Assembly (NCBI GenBank): GCA_016839515.1
Contig: JAEOUE010000248.1
Location: 1-30,240 of the forward strand
Origin: Candidatus Hodarchaeum mangrovi
GTDB taxonomy: Archaea > Asgardarchaeota > Heimdallarchaeia > Hodarchaeales > Hodarchaeaceae
DNA: 30,240 bases
Reading direction: 5' to 3'
Below the pieces are notes generated by a model. The model did not search any database and had not been told where the DNA came from. It saw only the letters and a program-made list of their open reading frames with translations. Of this stretch, positions 1 through 8,568 are shown piece by piece; position 1 is the first letter of the stretch, and every line of letters begins with the position of its first letter. The translations under genes were made by a program, and so were the position numbers.

Positions 1-267
1 AAAATAAAGTAATAATGTTCCTCCACCTATACCAATTAAAATAACGATATTTTTATTTGAGATGAAAGGACCCATCCCCATAAGGAGAATAAGGATTAAA
101 ACGAATTCTAAAATAGCATGGCCTATACAAACGAAAATTCCTACTAGAAATGCTTTTGATTTAGCTTGTATCGCTTTATAAATAGAATATGTTAATAGAG
201 GACCTGGTGACATTGCCCCTGTCAGTGCAACAAAGAATGCAAGGATTAACACTTTAATGAAGCTCAT
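1..267 (-). CDS. LysE family translocator (5' part; runs off the window start)
   Basis: Not in the ORF track. Manual translation from ATG at 267 gives MSFIKVLILAFFVALTGAMSPGPLLTYSIYKAIQ...VGIFVCIGHAILE...IGIGGGTLLLYF. The GAMSPGP motif after TM1 and the GHA.LE segment are typical of LysE/RhtB exporters. Confidence 0.85.
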   Translation of the reverse strand, partial: MSFIKVLILAFFVALTGAMSPGPLLTYSIYKAIQAKSKAFLVGIFVCIGHAILEFVLILILLMGMGPFISNKNIVILIGIGGGTLLLYF

Positions 268-427
268 AAAATAGGCTTATAGACATTGGTATAATAACCA
301 ATCTCAAAATTAATCGAATATTAACTGGTTAAACCGGCTTTCTTACTTTTTTGTAAATCTTAATGATATAATCATCATAACAATTTTAATAAAAAGTATC
401 GTTAGAAATAAGGAATGGACGAGAAAA

Positions 428-1159
428 ATGGATTTATTTAGCGATTTAACACATTATACAAAATTAAGCATTTTAAAGAGTCTAAATGATAGCTCTAAAA
501 CCTTATCTGAACTTGCCTCAAGATTAAATTTATCAAAACCTGAAATTTCACGTCAATTAAGTGAATTAAACAATTTGAAGCTAATTGAGAGAATTGATCG
601 TCAAAATCATCTCTCTATTTTTGGGGAAACAATCTTAAACTGTATTTTTCCTTTAGAATTTCTAATTGATCATTTTGAGTTCTTTAAAAATCATCCATTA
701 CCTAATTTACCCATGAATTTGGTAAGAGATATTTGTGATTTACAGCATGCAGAACTTATTGAGGGAGCAGGGTTAATTGTAAAAAATATTATAGATAGGT
801 TAAAAAAACATAATCAAGAGATTTACCTTATGGTTGATCATCCTCAACCAAGAATTGCTGATGTTAAAATTGATAAAGTACTTGTTATTGCACCTATTTA
901 TGCAAAAGATGAGAATTTAAATTTAGATTTTTTCCATAAGGATTGCAAGGAATTTGAAATTAGAACCCTCGAGGTAGTGGAATATAATATTATGATTTTA
1001 GACCATAAAATTGGCTTATTCCTTTTACCTAACCTAAAAGGGGTAATTGATGCAAATTATGCCTTTTTTGTAACAGATCCTTTAGGAATAAACTATTTAG
1101 AAAGAGTTTGGGACTTTTTTTGGAAAAAAAGCAAGTTTCGTGTTGCTTCTAAATTATAA
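428..1159 (+). CDS. ArsR-like winged-helix transcriptional regulator with C-terminal archaeal effector domain (DUF1724/FilR1-like)
   Basis: N-terminal wHTH (LSILKSL...TLSELASRLNLSKPEISRQLSELNNLKLIE). Middle FFKNHPLPNLP...I.DL segment and C-terminal D...I.YLERVWDFFW resemble archaeal HTH regulators of this type. Divergent from the LysE gene. Confidence 0.75.
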   Translation: MDLFSDLTHYTKLSILKSLNDSSKTLSELASRLNLSKPEISRQLSELNNLKLIERIDRQNHLSIFGETILNCIFPLEFLIDHFEFFKNHPLPNLPMNLVRDICDLQHAELIEGAGLIVKNIIDRLKKHNQEIYLMVDHPQPRIADVKIDKVLVIAPIYAKDENLNLDFFHKDCKEFEIRTLEVVEYNIMILDHKIGLFLLPNLKGVIDANYAFFVTDPLGINYLERVWDFFWKKSKFRVASKL

Positions 1160-1260
1160 AAAATTTCAGATCTTGAAAAAAATACAAAATCTGTAATTAG
1201 TTCCAAATTTCTCAAATAAACTTTAAGAATACTCTTTTTTTAATATTCCTTGAATCTTAA

Positions 1261-1479
1261 ATGGCAAATAGTCGATCAATAAGTATTATGGTATCAAATG
1301 AAAAACCTTCAATTATTATTGATGTATGGAATTCATATTACTTATTTAGCTCTAATCTTGGTGAACTGAAGCATATCTTTGTAGATGATGCGACAATCCT
1401 TGTGTTATTGTTTACACAAGGGGAAATTCGACTAACCATTGACCAAAAAGATCTTTTGAAATTTTTAAGAGGAAATTAA
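1261..1479 (+). CDS. small hypothetical protein (beta-rich)
   Basis: 72-aa ORF about 35 nt after a TATA-like AAACTTTAAGAA near 1218-1229. Protein-like composition (SSNLGELKHIFVDDATILVLLFTQGEIRLTIDQKDL). The start could be the ATG at 1288. Confidence 0.6.
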   Translation: MANSRSISIMVSNEKPSIIIDVWNSYYLFSSNLGELKHIFVDDATILVLLFTQGEIRLTIDQKDLLKFLRGN

Positions 1480-1531
1480 AATGCAAACTAAACAAACAAA
1501 TCAAACACAACTAATCAGCGAGGTAAAAAAC

Positions 1532-1918
1532 ATGAATTTATTGACTGAACTAGCACTGATTATCTTAGGATTGATTGTCTTAGGAATAATGTACTTAATT
1601 TTAAACAAACAAGAGGTACCATTTCTTTCATCTACTAATCAGACTTTTATCGTTCTATTCATTATTGGTTTCATGATGTGTATTTTAGCGATAGGTACCC
1701 GTCTGAATTGGACTGGAAATAATTGGATACATCCATTTATTTTGTTAGGAATTATTATTGGAGCACTAATAATCATTTTATCTGCTTTAATATTCCTTAA
1801 TATTTCTCTTCCGTTTAATATCAATGAATATCAATCTCTTTTAATTTTAGGATCTCTTATCATCCTAAAATGGCTTATTTCAATAGGACATCTTGTAAGT
1901 TACATATTTCTGGGATAA
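1532..1918 (+). CDS. small 4-TM membrane protein of unknown function
   Basis: Four hydrophobic segments. The ORF track starts at 1481, but GAGGT precedes the ATG at 1532. A T-rich tract follows the stop. Confidence 0.7.
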   Translation: MNLLTELALIILGLIVLGIMYLILNKQEVPFLSSTNQTFIVLFIIGFMMCILAIGTRLNWTGNNWIHPFILLGIIIGALIIILSALIFLNISLPFNINEYQSLLILGSLIILKWLISIGHLVSYIFLG

Positions 1919-2037
1919 TTTTATCCCTTCTTTTTTGACAACAAATTCATGTCCGAGATTTGATATAAAATTTCTAATAGATCAAAAAATTTTCAGGTTT
2001 ATGTCTAACCAGTTGATAATAGAAATGATAACTGCTT

Positions 2038-2682
2038 TTACATACTCTCTAGTATAACCTTGGGATGAAGTAAGAATTCCTCTACTTTTTTGTAAAACCT
2101 GCCCATATGTATTCCATCCATGACTGCATGATGCCCCTGGACACTTAATGGAATTTTCAATAATCCCCCTTCATTAAAGATTTTTCCCCACGCAAACCGT
2201 GGAATAGAATCTGCAGGATGAAAATTCATTGGATGAATAAAACTTGTAAAAGAAACCCAAGGTATTGGAGTCATGAACAACATATCATCTCTTCCAGGAT
2301 CTTCATTTAAGCTTGGGTTTGATTTCACATAAGTAACCCTCTCTTCAGCTCTTGTTGCAAAATCTGAGAAATTTTCTGTGTACTCAATTGTACAGAAGGT
2401 GAAAAGATCTTCATTCACTAGAATGGTAAAACTTGGGTTTACGATCTCATGTTCAACCACTTGCTCCTTACGAATGCGGTAACGGAACTCTGGAATCGCA
2501 TTCGATGCTCGTGCAATTATGTATACAATAGCTATGGTAAGTGAATAGCCACATTGCTTTACAACTGGTTGAAATGCTGTCACATCGATATTTGCACACA
2601 TACTGAAATGGGGATGATTAAATGTGTTAAATAATCTAAAATGATCCTGTCGAGACCAAGTCTGCATGTCAATATAACGCAT
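2038..2682 (-). CDS. cat: CatA-like O-acetyltransferase (chloramphenicol acetyltransferase type A family)
   Basis: W.R..HF N-terminus, N.IPEFRYR, PWVSFTS, DSIPRFAWGK and catalytic HHAVMDG (compare HHAVCDG in CAT). GGAGGT RBS upstream. Substrate not proven. Confidence 0.9.
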   Translation of the reverse strand: MRYIDMQTWSRQDHFRLFNTFNHPHFSMCANIDVTAFQPVVKQCGYSLTIAIVYIIARASNAIPEFRYRIRKEQVVEHEIVNPSFTILVNEDLFTFCTIEYTENFSDFATRAEERVTYVKSNPSLNEDPGRDDMLFMTPIPWVSFTSFIHPMNFHPADSIPRFAWGKIFNEGGLLKIPLSVQGHHAVMDGIHMGRFYKKVEEFLLHPKVILESM

Positions 2683-3365
2683 ATTTTACCTCCAAGTTAT
2701 GATACACCTCTAAAGTTTAGGTGTCTCAAGAATTTACTCGCATTTATTAGTATTTTTGATATTCCTGTATTCGTGGGGTGTCATATTATATCCAAAAACA
2801 ATATTCTAGGTAAATTGATTTTAAAACCCTTAAATTTACTTCCGATTTATTCAAAAGTAATGATATTGTTGGGTTTTCCCTTTCTCTTTCTTAATCTATG
2901 TTAAATGCTTACAATTTTATTCCTCATCTAAATAAATTTGCTCTTCTATGTCTTAAATCTAATCTATTTTTACTGTTAAAATTACTTGTCAACCCAGTGA
3001 GGATTCAGAAAATTCAGAATGGTTTAATAGGATAATAAAATTGTCTCATAATATTATTGGATAGAACAAATTAATTTAATCTGGAAATCCTTGAAAAAAA
3101 TCTTTTCAGCTTGTTTTTATTTGTTTTTCTATTCAATTCTGTTTTCTGTATCAATAAAATAATGGTTTTCCGCCATTAAGGAGATAATATCATTTAAATC
3201 GAGTGTATTAATACGTTCATTGCAGGTTAATGCTATTCACTTTGGATCATGGTCAATCATAACATTATTAAAGAAAAAGAAAGTAACTTAATGTATAGGA
3301 AACAATCATCCTATTACTTGGATCAGATATTATTGAAGACTAAATATTATGGGAGATAGCTAAAC

Positions 3366-4157
3366 ATGGAAAGACTTCCTCATGGATTAGCTCAATCTAG
3401 TGCAAAGGAAATAGTACAAAATTTACAAAAGATTTCTGGGGGAAAGATTCTAGATGTTGCTACTGAGAAAGGTAACTTTATTACTGTTCTACAGAAATCA
3501 TTGAAAGATTATTCTACGTTTATTGGTGTTGATATTAAATTTGATGATTTAGAATCCATGAAAAAGGATTATGCAGACAGATCAGTAAAATTTTTAAAAA
3601 TGAATGCTGAAAACTTGGAATTTGAGGATGATATATTCGATACTGTTTCATTATCACACTCTTTACACCATCTTTCAAATATTGATTCAGTACTAAGTGA
3701 GATGAAGCGTGTACTAAAACCTGATGGAACTTTTATTATCCAAGAACCATTTTCAGATGGCAATCAATCAGAATCACAAAAAAACGATATGCTTCAGCAC
3801 CATTGGGGAGCTAAAATTGATAATTTACTAGGAATCCCTCATAATAAAACCTTTTCGCGAAGAAAAATAAAGAGAATTCTTAATAATTTGAATTTAAAAG
3901 CTAGTTGCACTTACGAATCAACACACTACATTAAATGTCTTTTTTGTGAAAATAAATTCGAATGTGAAGATCCAAAGAACCACGAGATAATCAATTTTGC
4001 TCTTAAAGAAATTGATCGTGATTTTAAGCGTTTAGAGATGCTAAAAGATCATCCTAATATACAAAAATTGAGAAAAGAGGGAGAAATGATTAAGACACAA
4101 ATTCAGGAAAAAGGAATTACCAGTGCATCAATCCTATTTTTTATTGGGAAGAAATAA
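3366..4157 (+). CDS. class I SAM-dependent methyltransferase (Methyltransf_11/31-like)
   Basis: Motif I variant ILDVATEKG, GVDI, NAENLEFEDDIFD, SLHHL, EMKRVLKPDG. C-terminal H-x3-C-x2-C-x5-C. Confidence 0.85.
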   Translation: MERLPHGLAQSSAKEIVQNLQKISGGKILDVATEKGNFITVLQKSLKDYSTFIGVDIKFDDLESMKKDYADRSVKFLKMNAENLEFEDDIFDTVSLSHSLHHLSNIDSVLSEMKRVLKPDGTFIIQEPFSDGNQSESQKNDMLQHHWGAKIDNLLGIPHNKTFSRRKIKRILNNLNLKASCTYESTHYIKCLFCENKFECEDPKNHEIINFALKEIDRDFKRLEMLKDHPNIQKLRKEGEMIKTQIQEKGITSASILFFIGKK

Positions 4158-4231
4158 TTATTTCCTAAGCTGTTAATATTTGAAATTTTCTTTGTGATTT
4201 AGAAAGTATTAGCTGAATAATTGTGATACAA

Positions 4232-4525
4232 ATGTTACCAACAGATGATGAATTACCTAAAGTCCCCCAAATTACTATAAAAATAACAAATATTCATAAT
4301 AATGGAAAATGTTCCCGTGGATTTCAGATTGGAAATGTTTTCCAATACCCTAAAGATCGAAACAAAATGTGTCCCTCCGCTCTCTCTGTTCTTCATCCTT
4401 ATTTATTAGTACTGGCTTATGGGGGAAAAAATATATATGATCCACAAGACCCAAATACTTTTTCGATAAGTTGCCCTGATGCGATTCATCCTGTAGTCTA
4501 TAAAATGACCCGAAGTGAAAATTAG
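4232..4525 (+). CDS. TIGR04076 family Cys-containing small protein
   Basis: Pattern GKC..G..IG..F, MCPSAL..L.PY...L..GG, SCPD...PVVYKM.R. ATG at 4232 follows GTGAT; the track uses GTG at 4223. Confidence 0.8.
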   Translation: MLPTDDELPKVPQITIKITNIHNNGKCSRGFQIGNVFQYPKDRNKMCPSALSVLHPYLLVLAYGGKNIYDPQDPNTFSISCPDAIHPVVYKMTRSEN

Positions 4526-4587
4526 AGATGGATTAACATTAATTGATTTAAATCAATATTACACACTTAACAATTGGTAGCTTCAAA

Positions 4588-5445
4588 ATGGTAACCAAAT
4601 ATATTTCCCATAGCAATGGGGAGATTCAGGAATGGTGTTGGGCGTCTGATCATGAAATATTTACTTCTCCTTTTTGGACGTCATGTTATTATATTGATGG
4701 TATTCTTATTGATACAGGAGCTCCAGGAGGGGTAGAAGAGTTCGAAGAATTCCTTAAATCAATTGGTATTAACAACATTGAAGCCTGTTATTTAACTCAT
4801 ACTCACGAAGACCATTCTGGTGGAGCTTATTTAGTAAAAGAAAAATATAACATCCCTGTTTATGCTAGTTCAGAGGGTATACCAGTTCTTAAAAATGGTT
4901 TTACATATCCATTATATCGAAAAATTGCATGGGGGGAAAAAGTGCTCCCCATTAAAGCTGAACAAATTCCCAAGACAATTTATACAAAGACGAGGGAATT
5001 AATGTTTGAATCATTTCCGATGCCTGGGCATGCTCCCGACCAAGTAGCATTTATTGAAAATCAAAAACAATGGGTTTTTGTAGCAGATGGGATCCAGCTG
5101 AAGTATAAACGGCTTTTTGGAAAAAATTCAAATATATCAGAAGATATTTCTATGATTTATCATTCAATTAAAGAGCTATTTAATTTTATAAGTCATATGG
5201 ATCATTTACAACTTTTTTTGAGCGGGAAAGAGGTCATTTATGGGAAAGATTTTATCCTAGACCGTTTAACTGAGATAGAGTCACTATATCAAACCGTTTC
5301 AGGACTATATGCCCTAGGTAAATCAGTAGATGAAATTGAAAGTATAATGTTTGGGGAAGACGATTTTCTAGAAATGCATACAAATGGTGAATTATCTAGG
5401 AAGAATTTAATTGAATCTTTAATCAATTGGAAACTGAATCTTTAG
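4588..5445 (+). CDS. MBL-fold metallo-hydrolase
   Basis: LIDTG, THTHEDHSGG (HxHxDH), PGHAPDQ and FVAD motifs. Confidence 0.9.
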   Translation: MVTKYISHSNGEIQEWCWASDHEIFTSPFWTSCYYIDGILIDTGAPGGVEEFEEFLKSIGINNIEACYLTHTHEDHSGGAYLVKEKYNIPVYASSEGIPVLKNGFTYPLYRKIAWGEKVLPIKAEQIPKTIYTKTRELMFESFPMPGHAPDQVAFIENQKQWVFVADGIQLKYKRLFGKNSNISEDISMIYHSIKELFNFISHMDHLQLFLSGKEVIYGKDFILDRLTEIESLYQTVSGLYALGKSVDEIESIMFGEDDFLEMHTNGELSRKNLIESLINWKLNL

Positions 5446-5478
5446 TCTACTCTTTTTTCTTTGATTATTTTATTATAT

Positions 5479-6513
5479 TTAGATAATAAGATCTGTTGCA
5501 CGTTTCAATGCAGCCTCCGCGTCTTTTACTGTCTTTTCTATAATATTACTTACACTTTCAATGTCATCGATCAAACCAATACTTTGTCCAAGAAGAACAG
5601 CCCCATCATCAATATTTCCTTTGTAAGCTAATTCATAAGCTCTCATAGTTTCAATTATATCATCTGCACTCAATGTTGATTCTTGAGCCAGTTTTTCTTC
5701 TTTAGAACCAATCATTACATGTTCTATTGCATATTTATTCTTCCAAAGTCGTATAGGGCCGAAGACTCCTGTGGCCATCGTTGTATCTTGAGCGTGGGCT
5801 GGAGGAACAACATTCTTGTAAGTTTCATGAAATTCGCTTTCTTTTGATGCAATAAACCTTGATCCCATAGCAACTGCCCCTGCTCCTAATGCTAATGCTG
5901 CTGCGAGTCCTTCACCAGTTGCAAACCCACCGCATGCTACTATTGGAAAGTCTGGATATTTTTGTTGCACCTGTTGAAGTAAAACTAGAGTGCTAACCAT
6001 TTCATAGGATTGATGTCCTCCTCCTTCTCCACCAGTAACAACTAAACCATCAACACCTGCTGAAACACATTTTTCAGCTAGCCACAATGCAGGAGCCACG
6101 TGAAAATGTTTTATCTCTGATTCTTCTTTCAATTTTTGGAACGTTGAAGAACTTGGTAATGTCTTAGCTGAACCTGCACTTGTTAGCGCATACATACATT
6201 GCTCCTTGAGTTTAGGATTTTCCATGATGAATTTTGGAATATCATGACATAAAACTGAAGCATATGGTTCCATACGTGATGTTCGGATATTAAACCCGAA
6301 AGGTTTATCGGTATGTTCAACAACATGCAACATATCTTTCTTCATTTCTTCTACGGGGTCTTTTTCTGCTAATCCGATATGACTTAAGACGCCTAATCCT
6401 CCTGCATTACTAACTGCTATTGTGAGCTCTGTGGTGTAAAATGGCCCCATAGGAGCTGCAATTATTGGGTGTTTAATTCCCAAAATTTCTGTGATTTTGG
6501 TTTTAATCGTCAT
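5479..6513 (-). CDS. nitronate monooxygenase / FabK-like FMN-dependent oxidoreductase
   Basis: T..LGI.HPII.APM, AVSNAGGLG, EGGGH (catalytic His), ACGGFATG.GLAAALALGA.AV.MGSRF, GQSIGLI. Confidence 0.9.
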   Translation of the reverse strand: MTIKTKITEILGIKHPIIAAPMGPFYTTELTIAVSNAGGLGVLSHIGLAEKDPVEEMKKDMLHVVEHTDKPFGFNIRTSRMEPYASVLCHDIPKFIMENPKLKEQCMYALTSAGSAKTLPSSSTFQKLKEESEIKHFHVAPALWLAEKCVSAGVDGLVVTGGEGGGHQSYEMVSTLVLLQQVQQKYPDFPIVACGGFATGEGLAAALALGAGAVAMGSRFIASKESEFHETYKNVVPPAHAQDTTMATGVFGPIRLWKNKYAIEHVMIGSKEEKLAQESTLSADDIIETMRAYELAYKGNIDDGAVLLGQSIGLIDDIESVSNIIEKTVKDAEAALKRATDLII

Positions 6514-6780
6514 TTTTTTTCACTTTCTAACATACATAACTCATTGTAAGTTCAATAATAAAAGAACTTAGGCTATTATTAGTATTGTGCTTGATTACGT
6601 CAAATTATAACTGTAAATTAGTTATGTTTTATGAGAATTTTTACTTTCAACCTTGATCGAATATTTATTAGCTACCTCTAATTATACTTTAATTTTGGAT
6701 CTTGGCCAATTATTAGGAATATCTTTTTGAGTAGAGAATTTTACTTAGTTGAGTAATTTTTAATTGGTGAGATGATTAAT

Positions 6781-8490
6781 ATGGTACAAATGACTGGAGG
6801 AGAAGTAATCGTTAACTGTTTAAAGAAAGAAAATGTCAAATTCGTTCACGGTATTCCTGGAGATCAATTATACCCAATCCTTGATGCCATTTACAATGAT
6901 GAATCCATCAACTTTGTTAGCTATCGGCATGAACAGTCTGCTGCGAATGCTGCTGATGCGTGGGCTCGTATTACAGGGCAACCTAGTGTCTGTTTAGGTA
7001 CAGTTGGGCCTGGAGCTGCTAATCTCATTCCTGGGGTGTATGCTGCTCATGCTGATAGCATTCCAATGATTATTCTTTGTGCTCAAAATCAAACATGGAA
7101 TATTTATCCATCCCATGGCATGACACAGGATCTTGATCAAATCAATCTGTTTAAACCAATTACTAAATGGCAAGCGGTTCTTTCCCACTGGAAACGTATC
7201 CCTGAATTGATTCATTGGGCATTTCGCGCCTCGGTTTCTGGACGACCTGGCCCCGTCCTAATAGATTGTCCCTCAGATGTTTTATTTTCAAAAAATGAAA
7301 TAAATGAGTTAAATCGTCCAATACTTGAACCTCACCAGTATCGCCACCTTACTAACCCTTCTGCTCCTCCGAAAGTGCTTGAAAAAGCCGTTGAAATACT
7401 TTTACACGCTGAAAATCCAATTATTCATGTTGGAGGTGGGGGGCTTGCTGCGAATGCTTCACCTGAAATTAGCGCTTTAGCAGAATATCTTCAGATTCCT
7501 GTGACTACAAGTGTCTTTGCCCGTGGTATTTTACCTGATGATCATCCCTTACTTCTGCTTCCAGTTAGCTATGGAGCAATTGCTGCACAATCGTGTGCAG
7601 ATGTAATTGTGCTAATTGGTGGACGTATGGGAGATATGGAGAATTGGGGACGTCCCCCATTTTGGAATGAAGAAAGTAAAATTATTCAAATTGATATTGA
7701 ACCTCAAAATATTGGATTAAATACTAAAATCGAATTAGGGATTGTTGGTGATGCTAAACTTACAATCAGTGAATTATTCGCAATTGTAAAACAAAAAATG
7801 AACCAGTTTGAAAAGCGAGAGATCTTAGCTGAATATAAAGCAACTGAAAAATCTTGGTTAGATGAGTATGAAGCTTTAGGACGATCAAATAAAACACCTT
7901 TACATCCTTTAAGAGCTATAAAGGAGATTCGAGATTTTTTCCCAAGAGATGCCATTACAATCGTTGACGGAGGAAATACAGGTATCTGGTGTCATTACTT
8001 AAATCGTGTGTATGAACCACGAACCTTTTTATGGGCAGGTGATTCTGGACATCTAGGTGTTGGAATAGGTTATGCGATTGGATCAAAATTAGCTAAACCA
8101 AACAAAAAGGTATATGCTATTATGGGTGATGGTTCATTTATGTTCAATGTTCAAGATTTAGAAACAGCAAGACGACTAGGGCTTCATTTTACTGTATGTA
8201 TTTTGAATGATGGTGCATATGGTATGATTAAAGCAGGTCAAAAAGTAGCTTATGACAAACGATATATTGGTGTAGACTTTTTTGATGTTCGTTATGATCA
8301 AATAGCTCAAGCAATGGACTGCTTCGGAATTCGAGTTACAGAACCATCTAAAATCAGATCAGCTTTACAAGCTGCAGAGGAATCGGACAAACCCGCAGTT
8401 ATTGACTTTGTTATTGATAGAGAAATTAATCTCGAACCACCTGATTTTAGTACATTAGCAGGTATCTGGTTAGAAGGATGTCTAGATTAA
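6781..8490 (+). CDS. thiamine-diphosphate-dependent enzyme (acetolactate synthase-like superfamily; possibly 2-hydroxyacyl-CoA lyase/IlvBL-like)
   Basis: MTGG start, RHEQ (catalytic Glu), GPG..N, GRPGPV.ID.P.D and ThDP motif GDGSF...ND..YGMI. GGTGA at 6766-6770 favours ATG 6781 over 6772. Confidence 0.88.
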   Translation: MVQMTGGEVIVNCLKKENVKFVHGIPGDQLYPILDAIYNDESINFVSYRHEQSAANAADAWARITGQPSVCLGTVGPGAANLIPGVYAAHADSIPMIILCAQNQTWNIYPSHGMTQDLDQINLFKPITKWQAVLSHWKRIPELIHWAFRASVSGRPGPVLIDCPSDVLFSKNEINELNRPILEPHQYRHLTNPSAPPKVLEKAVEILLHAENPIIHVGGGGLAANASPEISALAEYLQIPVTTSVFARGILPDDHPLLLLPVSYGAIAAQSCADVIVLIGGRMGDMENWGRPPFWNEESKIIQIDIEPQNIGLNTKIELGIVGDAKLTISELFAIVKQKMNQFEKREILAEYKATEKSWLDEYEALGRSNKTPLHPLRAIKEIRDFFPRDAITIVDGGNTGIWCHYLNRVYEPRTFLWAGDSGHLGVGIGYAIGSKLAKPNKKVYAIMGDGSFMFNVQDLETARRLGLHFTVCILNDGAYGMIKAGQKVAYDKRYIGVDFFDVRYDQIAQAMDCFGIRVTEPSKIRSALQAAEESDKPAVIDFVIDREINLEPPDFSTLAGIWLEGCLD

Positions 8491-8568
8491 GTTAAAAAGT
8501 AATAATTGGATTTAAAAGAAAATTCTGAGGAAAATCTGGATCTATTGACTGGCAAAGGTACTGAAAAA

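Noticed and set aside
2641-2904. 87-aa ORF overlapping the cat start
   Set aside because: Antisense overlap with cat and its RBS, composition typical of AT-rich noncoding DNA, no motif.
2760-3365. Long intergenic region as a possible ncRNA or pseudogene
   Set aside because: Very AT-rich, with no stable GC stems and no recognisable decayed reading frame.
4588-4598. ATGGTAACCAA shared between the MBL gene start and the 29496 regulator start
   Set aside because: Explained by both proteins starting MVT; the MBL gene lacks the full palindrome.
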